Below, in pieces: positions 46,285 through 56,573 of a stretch of DNA of 64,000 nt. The position numbers and the translations under genes are program-made. This DNA is from an uncultured Flavobacterium sp. (GTDB lineage Bacteria; Bacteroidota; Bacteroidia; Flavobacteriales; Flavobacteriaceae). The notes under the pieces were generated by a model. The model saw only the letters and a list, made by a program, of their open reading frames with translations, was not told where the DNA came from and searched no databases. Each line of letters opens with the position of its first letter. Within the stretch, counting starts at the first letter, position 1. The stretch lies in contig CAZWAF010000002.1 of NCBI GenBank assembly GCA_964631795.1, positions 2,311 to 66,310 of the forward strand, read 5' to 3'.

Positions 46285-46530
46285 ATGAAAAAAACACTCA
46301 ACCTTAGCTTCGGATTATTGATTTTGCTGACATTTATTACAGCATTGATTTCTAATACTTCAAAATTTACCGAATTTGCAATTGGCTTAATAATGGCAAT
46401 TTCGGCAATCAAATTCATATTGGTTTCATTTCAGTTTATGGAATTAAAAAAGGCTAATATCTTTTGGAAAATCAGCCTTTTGTTTATTTTGGTTTTAATA
46501 ACCTTACCTATTATTTTAATTTTCATCTGA
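46285..46530 (+). CDS. Small three-TM oxidase subunit IV-like protein (NorF-like)
   Basis: 'KFILVSFQFMELK' motif; follows norE. Confidence 0.7.
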   Translation: MKKTLNLSFGLLILLTFITALISNTSKFTEFAIGLIMAISAIKFILVSFQFMELKKANIFWKISLLFILVLITLPIILIFI

Positions 46531-46666
46531 CTTTTTTTTAAAGTCTAATGTTTTTCTTGTATAAAATATATTTTATCTTAGGTAAAATTGATCCCAAAAT
46601 GTCGCGGATATGTCAGCGGTAAGCTAGCACATATCCGAATGATCCTTTAGTTATAATATTTGCTCT

Positions 46667-48049
46667 TTAAGATTCTTCATTTTTTATAACCTTAAAATTC
46701 AAATGCTTTTTTTCTGATACTTCTTTTGTACAATATGCTTTTACCAATTCTCGGATCAACGGAATAACAATCAACCATAATCCTACGAAAATCCCTATAC
46801 CGAAAAATAAAAACGAAATATAATACCAATGAAGTGAGGTTTGCATTTCGGAAAAAGGAATATCTCTGGTAAAATACATCCAGTTGCTTTTTTTAATACC
46901 GGCCAATAACAAACTAATCCAAAATCCTAATAATGAAATATTGAAAATGGAATATCCTATTCTCAATCGATTCATTTGAAAATTAAAATTCGGATTCACT
47001 TTTGAAACTATAAATAAGACCGATGCCAGTAAAATAGTGGTGTTGATTCCGATGGTAGTTCCCATTGAATGCGCCACGGTAATATGCGTGCCGTGTGTAA
47101 AAAAATTAATTGAAGGAATACTGAACAACAAAGCGAGAATCAGATTCAGGAAAACCCAAATATCGGCCGTTACCAGAAACTTGTAAGCAAGGAAATAGTC
47201 TTTTTTATTAGATTCGGTCAAAGATTTTCTCCAGGAATAAATCATGTGAAAAAGAATTATCCATTCGGTCATACTGATGCCGTAAGCGACAATTCGTACC
47301 CAAGGTTCGGTTGGAATAATATAAACATGGTGTGCCCAACCGAACATCAGATTGGTTAATCCCAAAAAATAGAAAAAGAAAGATTCTCTTTGTCTTCCGA
47401 TAGAATCGTCTCCTTTTATTTTTGCCATTAAAAAAACAGCAGTTCCATAAACCAGCATATTCCAGGAACCTACAAAAGAACCTCCGGCTTTCCATTGAAT
47501 GGCTAGTGTTTTAATGAAATTTTCTTTAAAATAGGGCATAAGCCAAAAATAAGCTTCGCTTAAATGATAGGTCATAAAGACAATTCCGGTTCCCCACATC
47601 CAATAATATACAGGCCAGTTGACCACTTTGCCAACCATGGTTTTTAAATAATTGATCCCGAAAAGCAACCACCCGATTAAGATTGGAAAAATAAGCATAG
47701 GAGGGAATTCCAGATATTCTTTTCCGCCAAAATTTCCGGAGAAATAGGAAATATAAATTCCGATTCCTGTAATCATAAAAATCAAAAAATGCGCTTTGGT
47801 TATTTTTTTTGAAAATATGTGCAAGGATTCTGTATTGGAAACATAAAAATAAATACCACCCGTTGCGCACAGAATAATCCAAGAAATTACGGTGGTCACG
47901 TGAAGCGGCCTCAAAGCAGAAAAGGGAAGTATTTCTTTGATAAACTCAGGGAGCAAATATTGCATTCCGGACAGAATACCGAAGAAAACCCCCGTTAATA
48001 ATGCAAAAAGAGCAGTGATAACAAATAATAAAGCTGTTTTATTCTTCAT
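46667..48049 (-). CDS. Divergent NorB-like heme-copper oxidase superfamily subunit I
   Basis: Colinear with NorB: PFSALRPLH, GGKEYLEFP, GWAHHVY, SMTEW, PSINFFTHGTHITVAHSM. Start at Met 48049. Confidence 0.88.
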   Translation of the reverse strand: MKNKTALLFVITALFALLTGVFFGILSGMQYLLPEFIKEILPFSALRPLHVTTVISWIILCATGGIYFYVSNTESLHIFSKKITKAHFLIFMITGIGIYISYFSGNFGGKEYLEFPPMLIFPILIGWLLFGINYLKTMVGKVVNWPVYYWMWGTGIVFMTYHLSEAYFWLMPYFKENFIKTLAIQWKAGGSFVGSWNMLVYGTAVFLMAKIKGDDSIGRQRESFFFYFLGLTNLMFGWAHHVYIIPTEPWVRIVAYGISMTEWIILFHMIYSWRKSLTESNKKDYFLAYKFLVTADIWVFLNLILALLFSIPSINFFTHGTHITVAHSMGTTIGINTTILLASVLFIVSKVNPNFNFQMNRLRIGYSIFNISLLGFWISLLLAGIKKSNWMYFTRDIPFSEMQTSLHWYYISFLFFGIGIFVGLWLIVIPLIRELVKAYCTKEVSEKKHLNFKVIKNEES

Positions 48050-48275
48050 TTTTATACTGTATTTCAACCCAACCATTAGGTTTAATGGAGGCATTGTGAT
48101 TAGGATAATAACCTGATTGATCTACTTCTTTCAAAAAAATAACCAGAGCTTCTTTCTCTTTTTCCGAAAAATGAAATTCGGGCATTGCTTTAATTCCACT
48201 ATTTAGGAAAGCCTTGATGTACTCTGGCCCTTTGGTTTTGTCTGAATAAGTATTGGTCAAATCAGGACCAAGGTA
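48039..48275 (-). pseudogene. N-terminally deleted NorC-like cytochrome c
   Basis: Homology starts at YLGPDLT (NorC YYAPELT) and includes KGPEYIKAFL and MP. No TM helix or CxxCH is present; the track's GTG lies inside the -7 box. Confidence 0.8.
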
Positions 48276-48282
48276 TATTATT

Positions 48283-48336
48283 TTAAAGAACACAAATATC
48301 TTTTATACAAAATCGATATAGTATGACATTTATCAG
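48283..48336 (-). promoter_or_regulatory. Promoter of the NorC'/NorB' operon
   Basis: ATGAC-ATTT-ATCAG at 48323-48336; GATATTTG (minus) at 48293-48300; minus-strand ATAAAAGAT-N6-GTTCTTTAA at 48283-48306. Confidence 0.7.
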
Positions 48337-48368
48337 TTATAAGAGATTTAGTGATAAATAATAATAAT

Positions 48369-48487
48369 CCGTTGGGTGTAAGTTGCCGAAGATAAATTCT
48401 CGTCAGTTCGAGTAAATTTTCAGAAAAAGCGAACAGCATTTTCTGAAAATTTACTCGAACTGACGATTCGTATAATTCCCCCAACGG
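48369..48487. repeat. REP/MITE-like element with a perfect 27-bp inner palindrome
   Basis: Arms 48401-48427 and 48439-48465 are exact reverse complements; outer ccgttggg/cccaacgg. Confidence 0.85.
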
Positions 48488-48540
48488 GTTAATAATATTC
48501 TTTATTGAGGATTCTTTTTGCGGAAATCAAAACAAATAAA

Positions 48541-48578
48541 AAAATCGGCTTGAAATTCTGTGTTTTCAAGCCGATTTT
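48541..48578 (-). terminator. Terminator after the Rrf2 gene
   Basis: aaaatcggcttgaaa/tttcaagccgatttt. Confidence 0.8.
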
Positions 48579-48599
48579 TATTTTAATCTTAAATTTTTC

Positions 48600-49034
48600 T
48601 TAGTATCTCAAGAAGGTATCTCCTGATTTTATACCCAGAGCTAATTCTTCGAGATTGGTATTTTCGAGCATATAAGCCAATTCATTTCTGATTGATTTGA
48701 ATTTTTCGTGCACCGGACAAGGATGTTCTTCAGAACATTGACTAAGTCCCAAACCGCAACCGGTAAAAACAGAATCTCCATCAATAGCAGTTACGATTTC
48801 AGCTAATTTAATCTGACTCATTCTCTGTCTAGGAATTTCAAAGCCACCGCCAACTCCCTTAATAGAATCAATAATATTGTTTCTGGACAAAATTTGCAGA
48901 ATTTTTGCCGTAAAAGCTTCAGGAGAGTCAATTTTTTTGGCAATATCTTTAAGGCCGGTTCTATTATCCTGATAAGATTCCGATGCTATAAAAATAGTTG
49001 CCCGGATTGCGTACTCACATGTTTTTGAAAACAT
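48600..49034 (-). CDS. Rrf2-family Fe-S transcriptional regulator (NsrR/IscR-like)
   Basis: MFSKTCEYAIRA, S.KGVGGGF, CGLGLSQCSEEHPCPVH (three Cys). Confidence 0.9.
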   Translation of the reverse strand: MFSKTCEYAIRATIFIASESYQDNRTGLKDIAKKIDSPEAFTAKILQILSRNNIIDSIKGVGGGFEIPRQRMSQIKLAEIVTAIDGDSVFTGCGLGLSQCSEEHPCPVHEKFKSIRNELAYMLENTNLEELALGIKSGDTFLRY

Positions 49035-49265
49035 AGTTAGAATTTTTCACAAATATAATTAAGATTTTATAAATAAGAGCTTTTAACGGAATGGAGATTC
49101 TATAAGTCAATAATTTGCCGAAATAACTAAGAGAAGAGTATAATCCCCGATAATTTTATTCGAACTACAGATTATCATTATAAATTAAACACAAGATTTT
49201 CAAAACTTTGCGTTTTTTCTTTATATAAGTCTTTTCAATTTTATAAATCTTATTTAAGTGTATAA

Positions 49266-50933
<1,668 letters not shown>

Positions 50934-50955
50934 ATTAAGATTAATTTAAAAAATT

Positions 50956-50993
50956 AAAGACCTATCTGTTTTAAAGTCAGATAGGTCTTTTTT
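50956..50993 (+). terminator. Terminator after the ABC-F gene
   Basis: aaagacctatctg/cagataggtcttt followed by a T-tract. Confidence 0.8.
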
Positions 50994-51106
50994 ATTTTTG
51001 AAAAAAAAGCTTTTAAACGATAATATTGTAGTTATATCGGAACTTACACAGATACAGAAAACAAACTATAATTCTTAATAAACAATAAAAGAAAATAGTT
51101 GTTTTT

Positions 51107-51150
51107 AAAACTGCCTCCAAAAAGTTTAAACCTTTTTAGAGGCAGTTTTT
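51107..51150 (-). terminator. Terminator after the MscS-family gene
   Basis: aaaactgcctc/gaggcagtttt. Confidence 0.7.
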
Positions 51151-51284
51151 TTATTATTCTATAATTTCCAACACAGATTGCAATAAATTATGATATAGAT
51201 TCTGATTTGTATAAAATCAATTTAATCCGCAAAACCGTATCTATGCGTAATCTTTGTTAAAATCTCCTATTTAAGGAGTAAATT

Positions 51285-53807
51285 CTATAAAGTTTCAGGC
51301 TCAGAATCAGAGTCAGATTTTGATTCTTTATTTACCACATGTATTTCATGTTGCTGAAATGGAATCACAATTTTATTTTTTTTTAAAGTTTTGTCAATGG
51401 CAATTATAAGTTCGCTTCTTACATCGTGATCCAAATCAAAATGTCTGATCCAATATTTTATAACTATATCAATTGAACTGTCGTTAAATTTGGTAAACCA
51501 AATTCCCGGCTGTGGTTTTTTCAATATATCTTTATTTTTATTTATAATTTCAAAAAGTAATTTTTTAGTCAATTCTAAATCAGTTCCGTAGGCTACTCCA
51601 AATCTGATTTCTGCTCTTCGACTACTGCTTCCTAAAGTCCAATTGGTTAAATTTTGGTTCAATAATTCTCCATTCGGAATAACTACATCTGCTCCGTCAA
51701 AAGTTGTAACCACACTGCTTCTGATTCCGATTGATTTCATTTTTCCTGATTGTCCTCCCACTTCAATAATATCGTCTAAACTCACAGGCTTCTCAAAAGC
51801 GATAATTAATCCGCTAATTAAATTATTGACTAAATTTTGCATACCAAATCCAATACCAACTCCCAATGCACTAATTATTAAGGTTATTTTATCCAATGGA
51901 ATACCGGCTGAACCAAAAGCAACCAGTATTCCTATGGTTACAATGGCTATTCGGGATAAAAACAACCAGCTTCCAATACTTTTAGTTTTGTCTTTACTAC
52001 CAATAATTTGACTGTCGGAAGCCAAAAAAGAAACAACTCTCGAAACAAATCCTGATAATAAAATTACAAGAATGAATATTATAATACTTTCGAACGTAAA
52101 TGTTATATTTCCCAGACTTCGGGATTCAGATATAGAATTTTTTAAAGGTTCAACCAAATTTTGAAAAGTATAAGTGTTTCTCGTCATTAGAAAAAACCAA
52201 CATGCAAAAATAATCAGGTAAAAACCAATAGTAAATTGATGCGGAATACCACTTATAATATTTTTTGGATCATCTTCATCGGTTTCTTTCAAAAAAGTGG
52301 AAATCATATTAATTTCCTTGATTGCAATGAAAGTAGTATAAAGAGAAAAAACCACTATAATGGTATGAACCCCTTTGGTCATTAAAAATTTACCTAAATT
52401 ATAATGTCCGTTTATTAAAAAATAGAATGATAAAATTTGAAGTACCGTACCTAAAACAATATACCATAAATAAATTTTTCTTTGAATTTTTGACCTGTTA
52501 TAAAATGCATAAACTCCTATTGCAATACCAAAACAATTTATAGCCAAAATCAAAAAGGATTCTCCTGGAAAGTGAATCAGGATTATAATGTCTAAAAGAG
52601 CTATTAAATTCAAAAGAAAAATAGCTGTCCAAATTTTCCAGACAAATATATTTATCGATTTCCACATCATTACTGTCAAGGCAATGGTTGAAATTGTCCA
52701 AAGAAGTATAGAAAAAATAAGCGGAGGCATAGGAAGTATGAATTGATATAAATTCAAGACTAATAAAACCGCCGATGCTACAGGACTGTTCAGGATATTA
52801 ATGCCAATTAACATATCCTTTTTGTAGCCCAGATTCTGGAATTTTCGCTTTTGTAATATTAAATATATTGCTGTTCCTATAATAAGAACCAGCATGGTCA
52901 GGATCGAATTTATATTATTTATCAGATAAAAATAAAGTACCAGATTATTTGTTTTTACAGAAAAATCCAAAGTATCTTCTGTCATTATTTTTTTGATGTC
53001 AGGACGTTCAAAAACTGTTACTTTTTTAGTAAATAATTGACGTGATTCTAGTTTTCTAAGTTTGTTATTCTCTATTATATCCGATTCAATTTTGTATTTC
53101 AGCTGATCTCCTAAAATTTCCAATGTTTGAATACTGTCAATCGCATTTTTTAATCTTTCAGAAACCTGATCAATGTCTGTATTCATCTTCAGGGTTTGCA
53201 GACGGTAAATTTCCCGCGAAGCCGAATCGATTGGTACATAATATAGATTTTTTTCGGCAACCAGCGAATCTATTTTTTCCCGTGTTCTGCTAAGATCCTG
53301 GTTTTCAATATTAATATTTTTCAAACGATTATTAGAACGTTTCAGTAATTCGTCAAGAAGAATAGAAATAGAGCTAAGATTTCTGTCGGTCATTACTCTG
53401 AATTTTTCCCCAACAATTCCTTTAACAGCAAATTCTTCCCATGCTTTCAATTGATGGATTTCTTCAGTAATATCTTTATAATCAAATCTTCTGTTTAAAA
53501 GAAACTTAGCATTTTGAACTTCCAGTTTAATTAAACCGAAAATTTTATTTTGCTTTTGAATATTTTGATGATTGATATATTTATCCTGTTTCTCTTTCTT
53601 TTCATCTTTTGCTATATTTTCAAGAGAAATCGCAGCAATTTTATTTTTAATTGCTACTTTATCTATTATGGTATCGGCTTTCTTTTTTGTATTTTGAGAA
53701 GCAACCGAAAAAAAGGAAATGAGAGCAAAAAAAACAAAAAAAGCTACCTGATTAATACTTTTCTTCTTTTTGACAGGACTTATATAGTGAGATGTAATTT
53801 TTGACAT
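51285..53807 (-). CDS. Large MscS/MscK-like mechanosensitive channel
   Basis: Signal peptide, coiled coil, many TMs, then GVGIGFGMQNLVNN.ISG, GIRSS, VVIPN, GVAYGTD. Confidence 0.88.
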   Translation of the reverse strand: MSKITSHYISPVKKKKSINQVAFFVFFALISFFSVASQNTKKKADTIIDKVAIKNKIAAISLENIAKDEKKEKQDKYINHQNIQKQNKIFGLIKLEVQNAKFLLNRRFDYKDITEEIHQLKAWEEFAVKGIVGEKFRVMTDRNLSSISILLDELLKRSNNRLKNINIENQDLSRTREKIDSLVAEKNLYYVPIDSASREIYRLQTLKMNTDIDQVSERLKNAIDSIQTLEILGDQLKYKIESDIIENNKLRKLESRQLFTKKVTVFERPDIKKIMTEDTLDFSVKTNNLVLYFYLINNINSILTMLVLIIGTAIYLILQKRKFQNLGYKKDMLIGINILNSPVASAVLLVLNLYQFILPMPPLIFSILLWTISTIALTVMMWKSINIFVWKIWTAIFLLNLIALLDIIILIHFPGESFLILAINCFGIAIGVYAFYNRSKIQRKIYLWYIVLGTVLQILSFYFLINGHYNLGKFLMTKGVHTIIVVFSLYTTFIAIKEINMISTFLKETDEDDPKNIISGIPHQFTIGFYLIIFACWFFLMTRNTYTFQNLVEPLKNSISESRSLGNITFTFESIIIFILVILLSGFVSRVVSFLASDSQIIGSKDKTKSIGSWLFLSRIAIVTIGILVAFGSAGIPLDKITLIISALGVGIGFGMQNLVNNLISGLIIAFEKPVSLDDIIEVGGQSGKMKSIGIRSSVVTTFDGADVVIPNGELLNQNLTNWTLGSSSRRAEIRFGVAYGTDLELTKKLLFEIINKNKDILKKPQPGIWFTKFNDSSIDIVIKYWIRHFDLDHDVRSELIIAIDKTLKKNKIVIPFQQHEIHVVNKESKSDSDSEPETL

Positions 53808-54284
53808 AAACTATGATTATTTATGAGACGATCTAATTTTTAATTTGACCTTATTTAAGAACTAAAAAATGAATCTGTTTTTATTTGAAAATTCAGCTTT
53901 ATAACTATTTAAATTAAAGCTTAATAGATGATATTATATCAAATTTAACAAAAAAACAATTACCAATAGATAAAACTTGAAATTCAGCCGTAAACACTTT
54001 AAATAAGCGTTTTTACAAAGATTATTACTTAATATTTTTACTCATTTGTATATTTTCTCAATAAAGTTTCAGGGGAATTCAAAATAAAAATATTTTAGAA
54101 TTAATAATACACTATTAAAAAATAAAATTAAATGTGCTATTGTATTTTTTTTATGTCTTTTTTTAATAAAAATAATGTTTTTCACATCAATAAATTCAAA
54201 AACAATATTTTAAACAGAAGACTCTTTTTCAGGTAGATTTATTTTAAATAAACTGTAAATTTGCGCCTTTAAAAAATTCGTTGA

Positions 54285-55784
54285 ATGACATCCAAAATGA
54301 CAAATACAGAAGCCGATGTAGTTTTGATTGGTGCCGGAATCATGAGTGCCACTCTTGGGCTACTTTTGAAAGAATTACAACCTGATATTAAAATCCAGAT
54401 TTTTGAACGTTTAGATATCGCTGCAGCTGAAAGTTCAGATGCATGGAATAATGCAGGAACAGGACATGCCGCTTTTTGTGAATTGAATTATACACCTGAA
54501 TTGCCAAACGGGACTATCGAAACTCATAAAGCAGAAAAAATCGTTGAAGCTTTTGAAGTATCTCGTCAGTTTTGGGCTTATTTGGTAGAAAAAGGATTAT
54601 TAAATAATCCTGAAAATTTTATCAAAAGCATTCCGCATTTAAGTTTTGTTTGGGGCGATAAAAACTCAAAATACCTTAAAAAACGTTACGAAGCGTTACA
54701 AAAATTCCATTTATTCAAAGGAATGGAATATACCGAAGATCCGGAAACAATCCGCAAATGGGCTCCACTGATTATGGATGGACGAAAAGATGCTAAAAAA
54801 GTTGCTGCTACCAATATGAAAATTGGTACCGATGTTAACTTTGGAGCATTAACACGCAGCATGTTTCATTATTTAGCTTCACTTGACGGAGTGGAGATCC
54901 ACTTTAACCACGAAGTTAAAAAATTAAAAAAAGAAGAAGACAATCGTTGGAGAATTAAGGTTAAAGACCTTAACACTAAATCCAAAAGAAATATTAAAAC
55001 CAAATTTGTTTTTATTGGTGCCGGTGGAGGATCATTACTACTACTTAAAAAAGCTAAAATTCCGGAAGCTGCCGGTTATGGCGGATTTCCGGTGAGTGGT
55101 CAGTGGTTAAAATGTATTAATCCTGAAATCATTGAAAAACACCAGGCCAAAGTTTACGGAAAAGCAGCTGTTGGTGCGCCACCTATGTCGGTTCCTCACA
55201 TTGATACCCGTATGATTGACGGTCAAAAGGCTTTATTATTTGGACCTTATGCCGGATTCAGTACCAAATTCCTTAAAACGGGATCTTATTTAGATTTACC
55301 AAAATCTATTAAAATGGGGAATATCAAACCAATGCTTTCAGCCGGTATGAACAATATTCCGTTAACCAAATATCTTATTGAGCAGGTAATTCAGTCGCAG
55401 GATGACAGAATGAGAGCTTTAAAGGAATATTTGCCGGATGCAAAAAAAGAAGATTGGGTATTAGAAAATGCCGGTCAGCGTGTGCAGGTTATCAAGAAAA
55501 ACAAAGCAGGAAAAGGTATTTTAGAATTTGGTACCGAGGTAATTAACTCAGCCGACGGATCTTTGGCAGTATTGCTTGGAGCTTCTCCCGGTGCATCTAC
55601 CACAGTTTCAATCATGTTGGATTTAATTAACCGTTGTTTCCCTGAACAGGTTCAATCATCAGAATGGCAATCGAAATTTAAAAAAATGATACCTTCTTAT
55701 GGTCAATCACTTAATGAAAACACTGCCTTAGCTGATGAAATCAGAGCTTATACAGCAAAAGTTTTAAAACTGGATACATTATAA
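54285..55784 (+). CDS. mqo: Malate:quinone oxidoreductase
   Basis: GAGIMSATL, ESSDAWNNAGTGH, PPMSVPHIDTR, NAGQRVQ, GASPGAST. Confidence 0.95.
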   Translation: MTSKMTNTEADVVLIGAGIMSATLGLLLKELQPDIKIQIFERLDIAAAESSDAWNNAGTGHAAFCELNYTPELPNGTIETHKAEKIVEAFEVSRQFWAYLVEKGLLNNPENFIKSIPHLSFVWGDKNSKYLKKRYEALQKFHLFKGMEYTEDPETIRKWAPLIMDGRKDAKKVAATNMKIGTDVNFGALTRSMFHYLASLDGVEIHFNHEVKKLKKEEDNRWRIKVKDLNTKSKRNIKTKFVFIGAGGGSLLLLKKAKIPEAAGYGGFPVSGQWLKCINPEIIEKHQAKVYGKAAVGAPPMSVPHIDTRMIDGQKALLFGPYAGFSTKFLKTGSYLDLPKSIKMGNIKPMLSAGMNNIPLTKYLIEQVIQSQDDRMRALKEYLPDAKKEDWVLENAGQRVQVIKKNKAGKGILEFGTEVINSADGSLAVLLGASPGASTTVSIMLDLINRCFPEQVQSSEWQSKFKKMIPSYGQSLNENTALADEIRAYTAKVLKLDTL

Positions 55785-55804
55785 TTCCAAAATATATAAA
55801 ATCA

Positions 55805-55834
55805 AAAAAACTCCTGCAAATGCAGGAGTTTTTT
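55805..55834 (+). terminator. mqo terminator
   Basis: aaaaaactcctgca/tgcaggagtttttt. Confidence 0.8.
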
Positions 55835-56019
55835 GTTTAACATTGATTGTTTGTATTGAACATTCATTCTAAAGTTTCGGGATTGAACCCAGAACTTAAA
55901 ATTCACAACTAAGAACTTCTCACTCATTACTTTTGGCTGGTTACTAATCACGATTTGCTAATCACTCTTTTTCAACTCAACAAAAAACATTACTTTTACG
56001 CTCCAAACAATACTTTAAC

Positions 56020-56571
56020 ATGAGTCAAAAAGTACTGCTCACTTCAAAAGAAGTCAATATTATACTACACCGTTTGGCTTGCCAGCTGATAGAAAAACAT
56101 CTTGATTTTTCAGATACGGTTTTAATAGGTATTCAACCCCGAGGGGCTTTCCTTGCCGAAAGAATTAAAGATTTATTAGAAAATGAGTATAAAGTTCCTA
56201 ATATTTCATTGGGCTATCTTGATATTACGTTCTTTAGAGATGATTTCCGCAGAAAAGAAAAACCTCTTGAAGCCAACAGAACTAAAATAGATTTCTTGGT
56301 AGAAAACAAAAAAGTAATTTTCATTGACGATGTATTATATACCGGACGCAGTATTCGTGCGGCTTTGACAGCTATACAATCTTTTGGACGACCTTCGGGA
56401 ATCGAACTTTTAACTCTGATTGATCGTCGTTTCAGTCGTGATTTGCCTATTCAACCCGATTACAGAGGTCGTCAGGTAGATGCTATCAATAATGAAAGAG
56501 TAAAAGTGAGCTGGATGGCACAAGATGGCGAAGACGGCGTTTTTTTAATCAATAATAATCAACAAGAATAG
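56020..56571 (+). CDS. pyrR: Pyrimidine regulatory protein / uracil phosphoribosyltransferase
   Basis: LDITFFRDD, DDVLYTGRS.RAA, RDLPIQPDY.G. Confidence 0.92.
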   Translation: MSQKVLLTSKEVNIILHRLACQLIEKHLDFSDTVLIGIQPRGAFLAERIKDLLENEYKVPNISLGYLDITFFRDDFRRKEKPLEANRTKIDFLVENKKVIFIDDVLYTGRSIRAALTAIQSFGRPSGIELLTLIDRRFSRDLPIQPDYRGRQVDAINNERVKVSWMAQDGEDGVFLINNNQQE

Positions 56572-56573
56572 AA

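Noticed and set aside
48276-48484. Track ORFs 48039-48293 (GTG start) and 48278-48484 as the missing cytochrome N-terminus
   Set aside because: The GTG lies within the -7 box and operator. The 68-aa ORF spans the palindrome and promoter, and its 'KCHT' is not CxxCH.
55835-56019. PyrR-binding attenuator upstream of pyrR-pyrB
   Set aside because: No recognisable PyrR binding loop or terminator/antiterminator pair; only degenerate heptamer repeats are seen.
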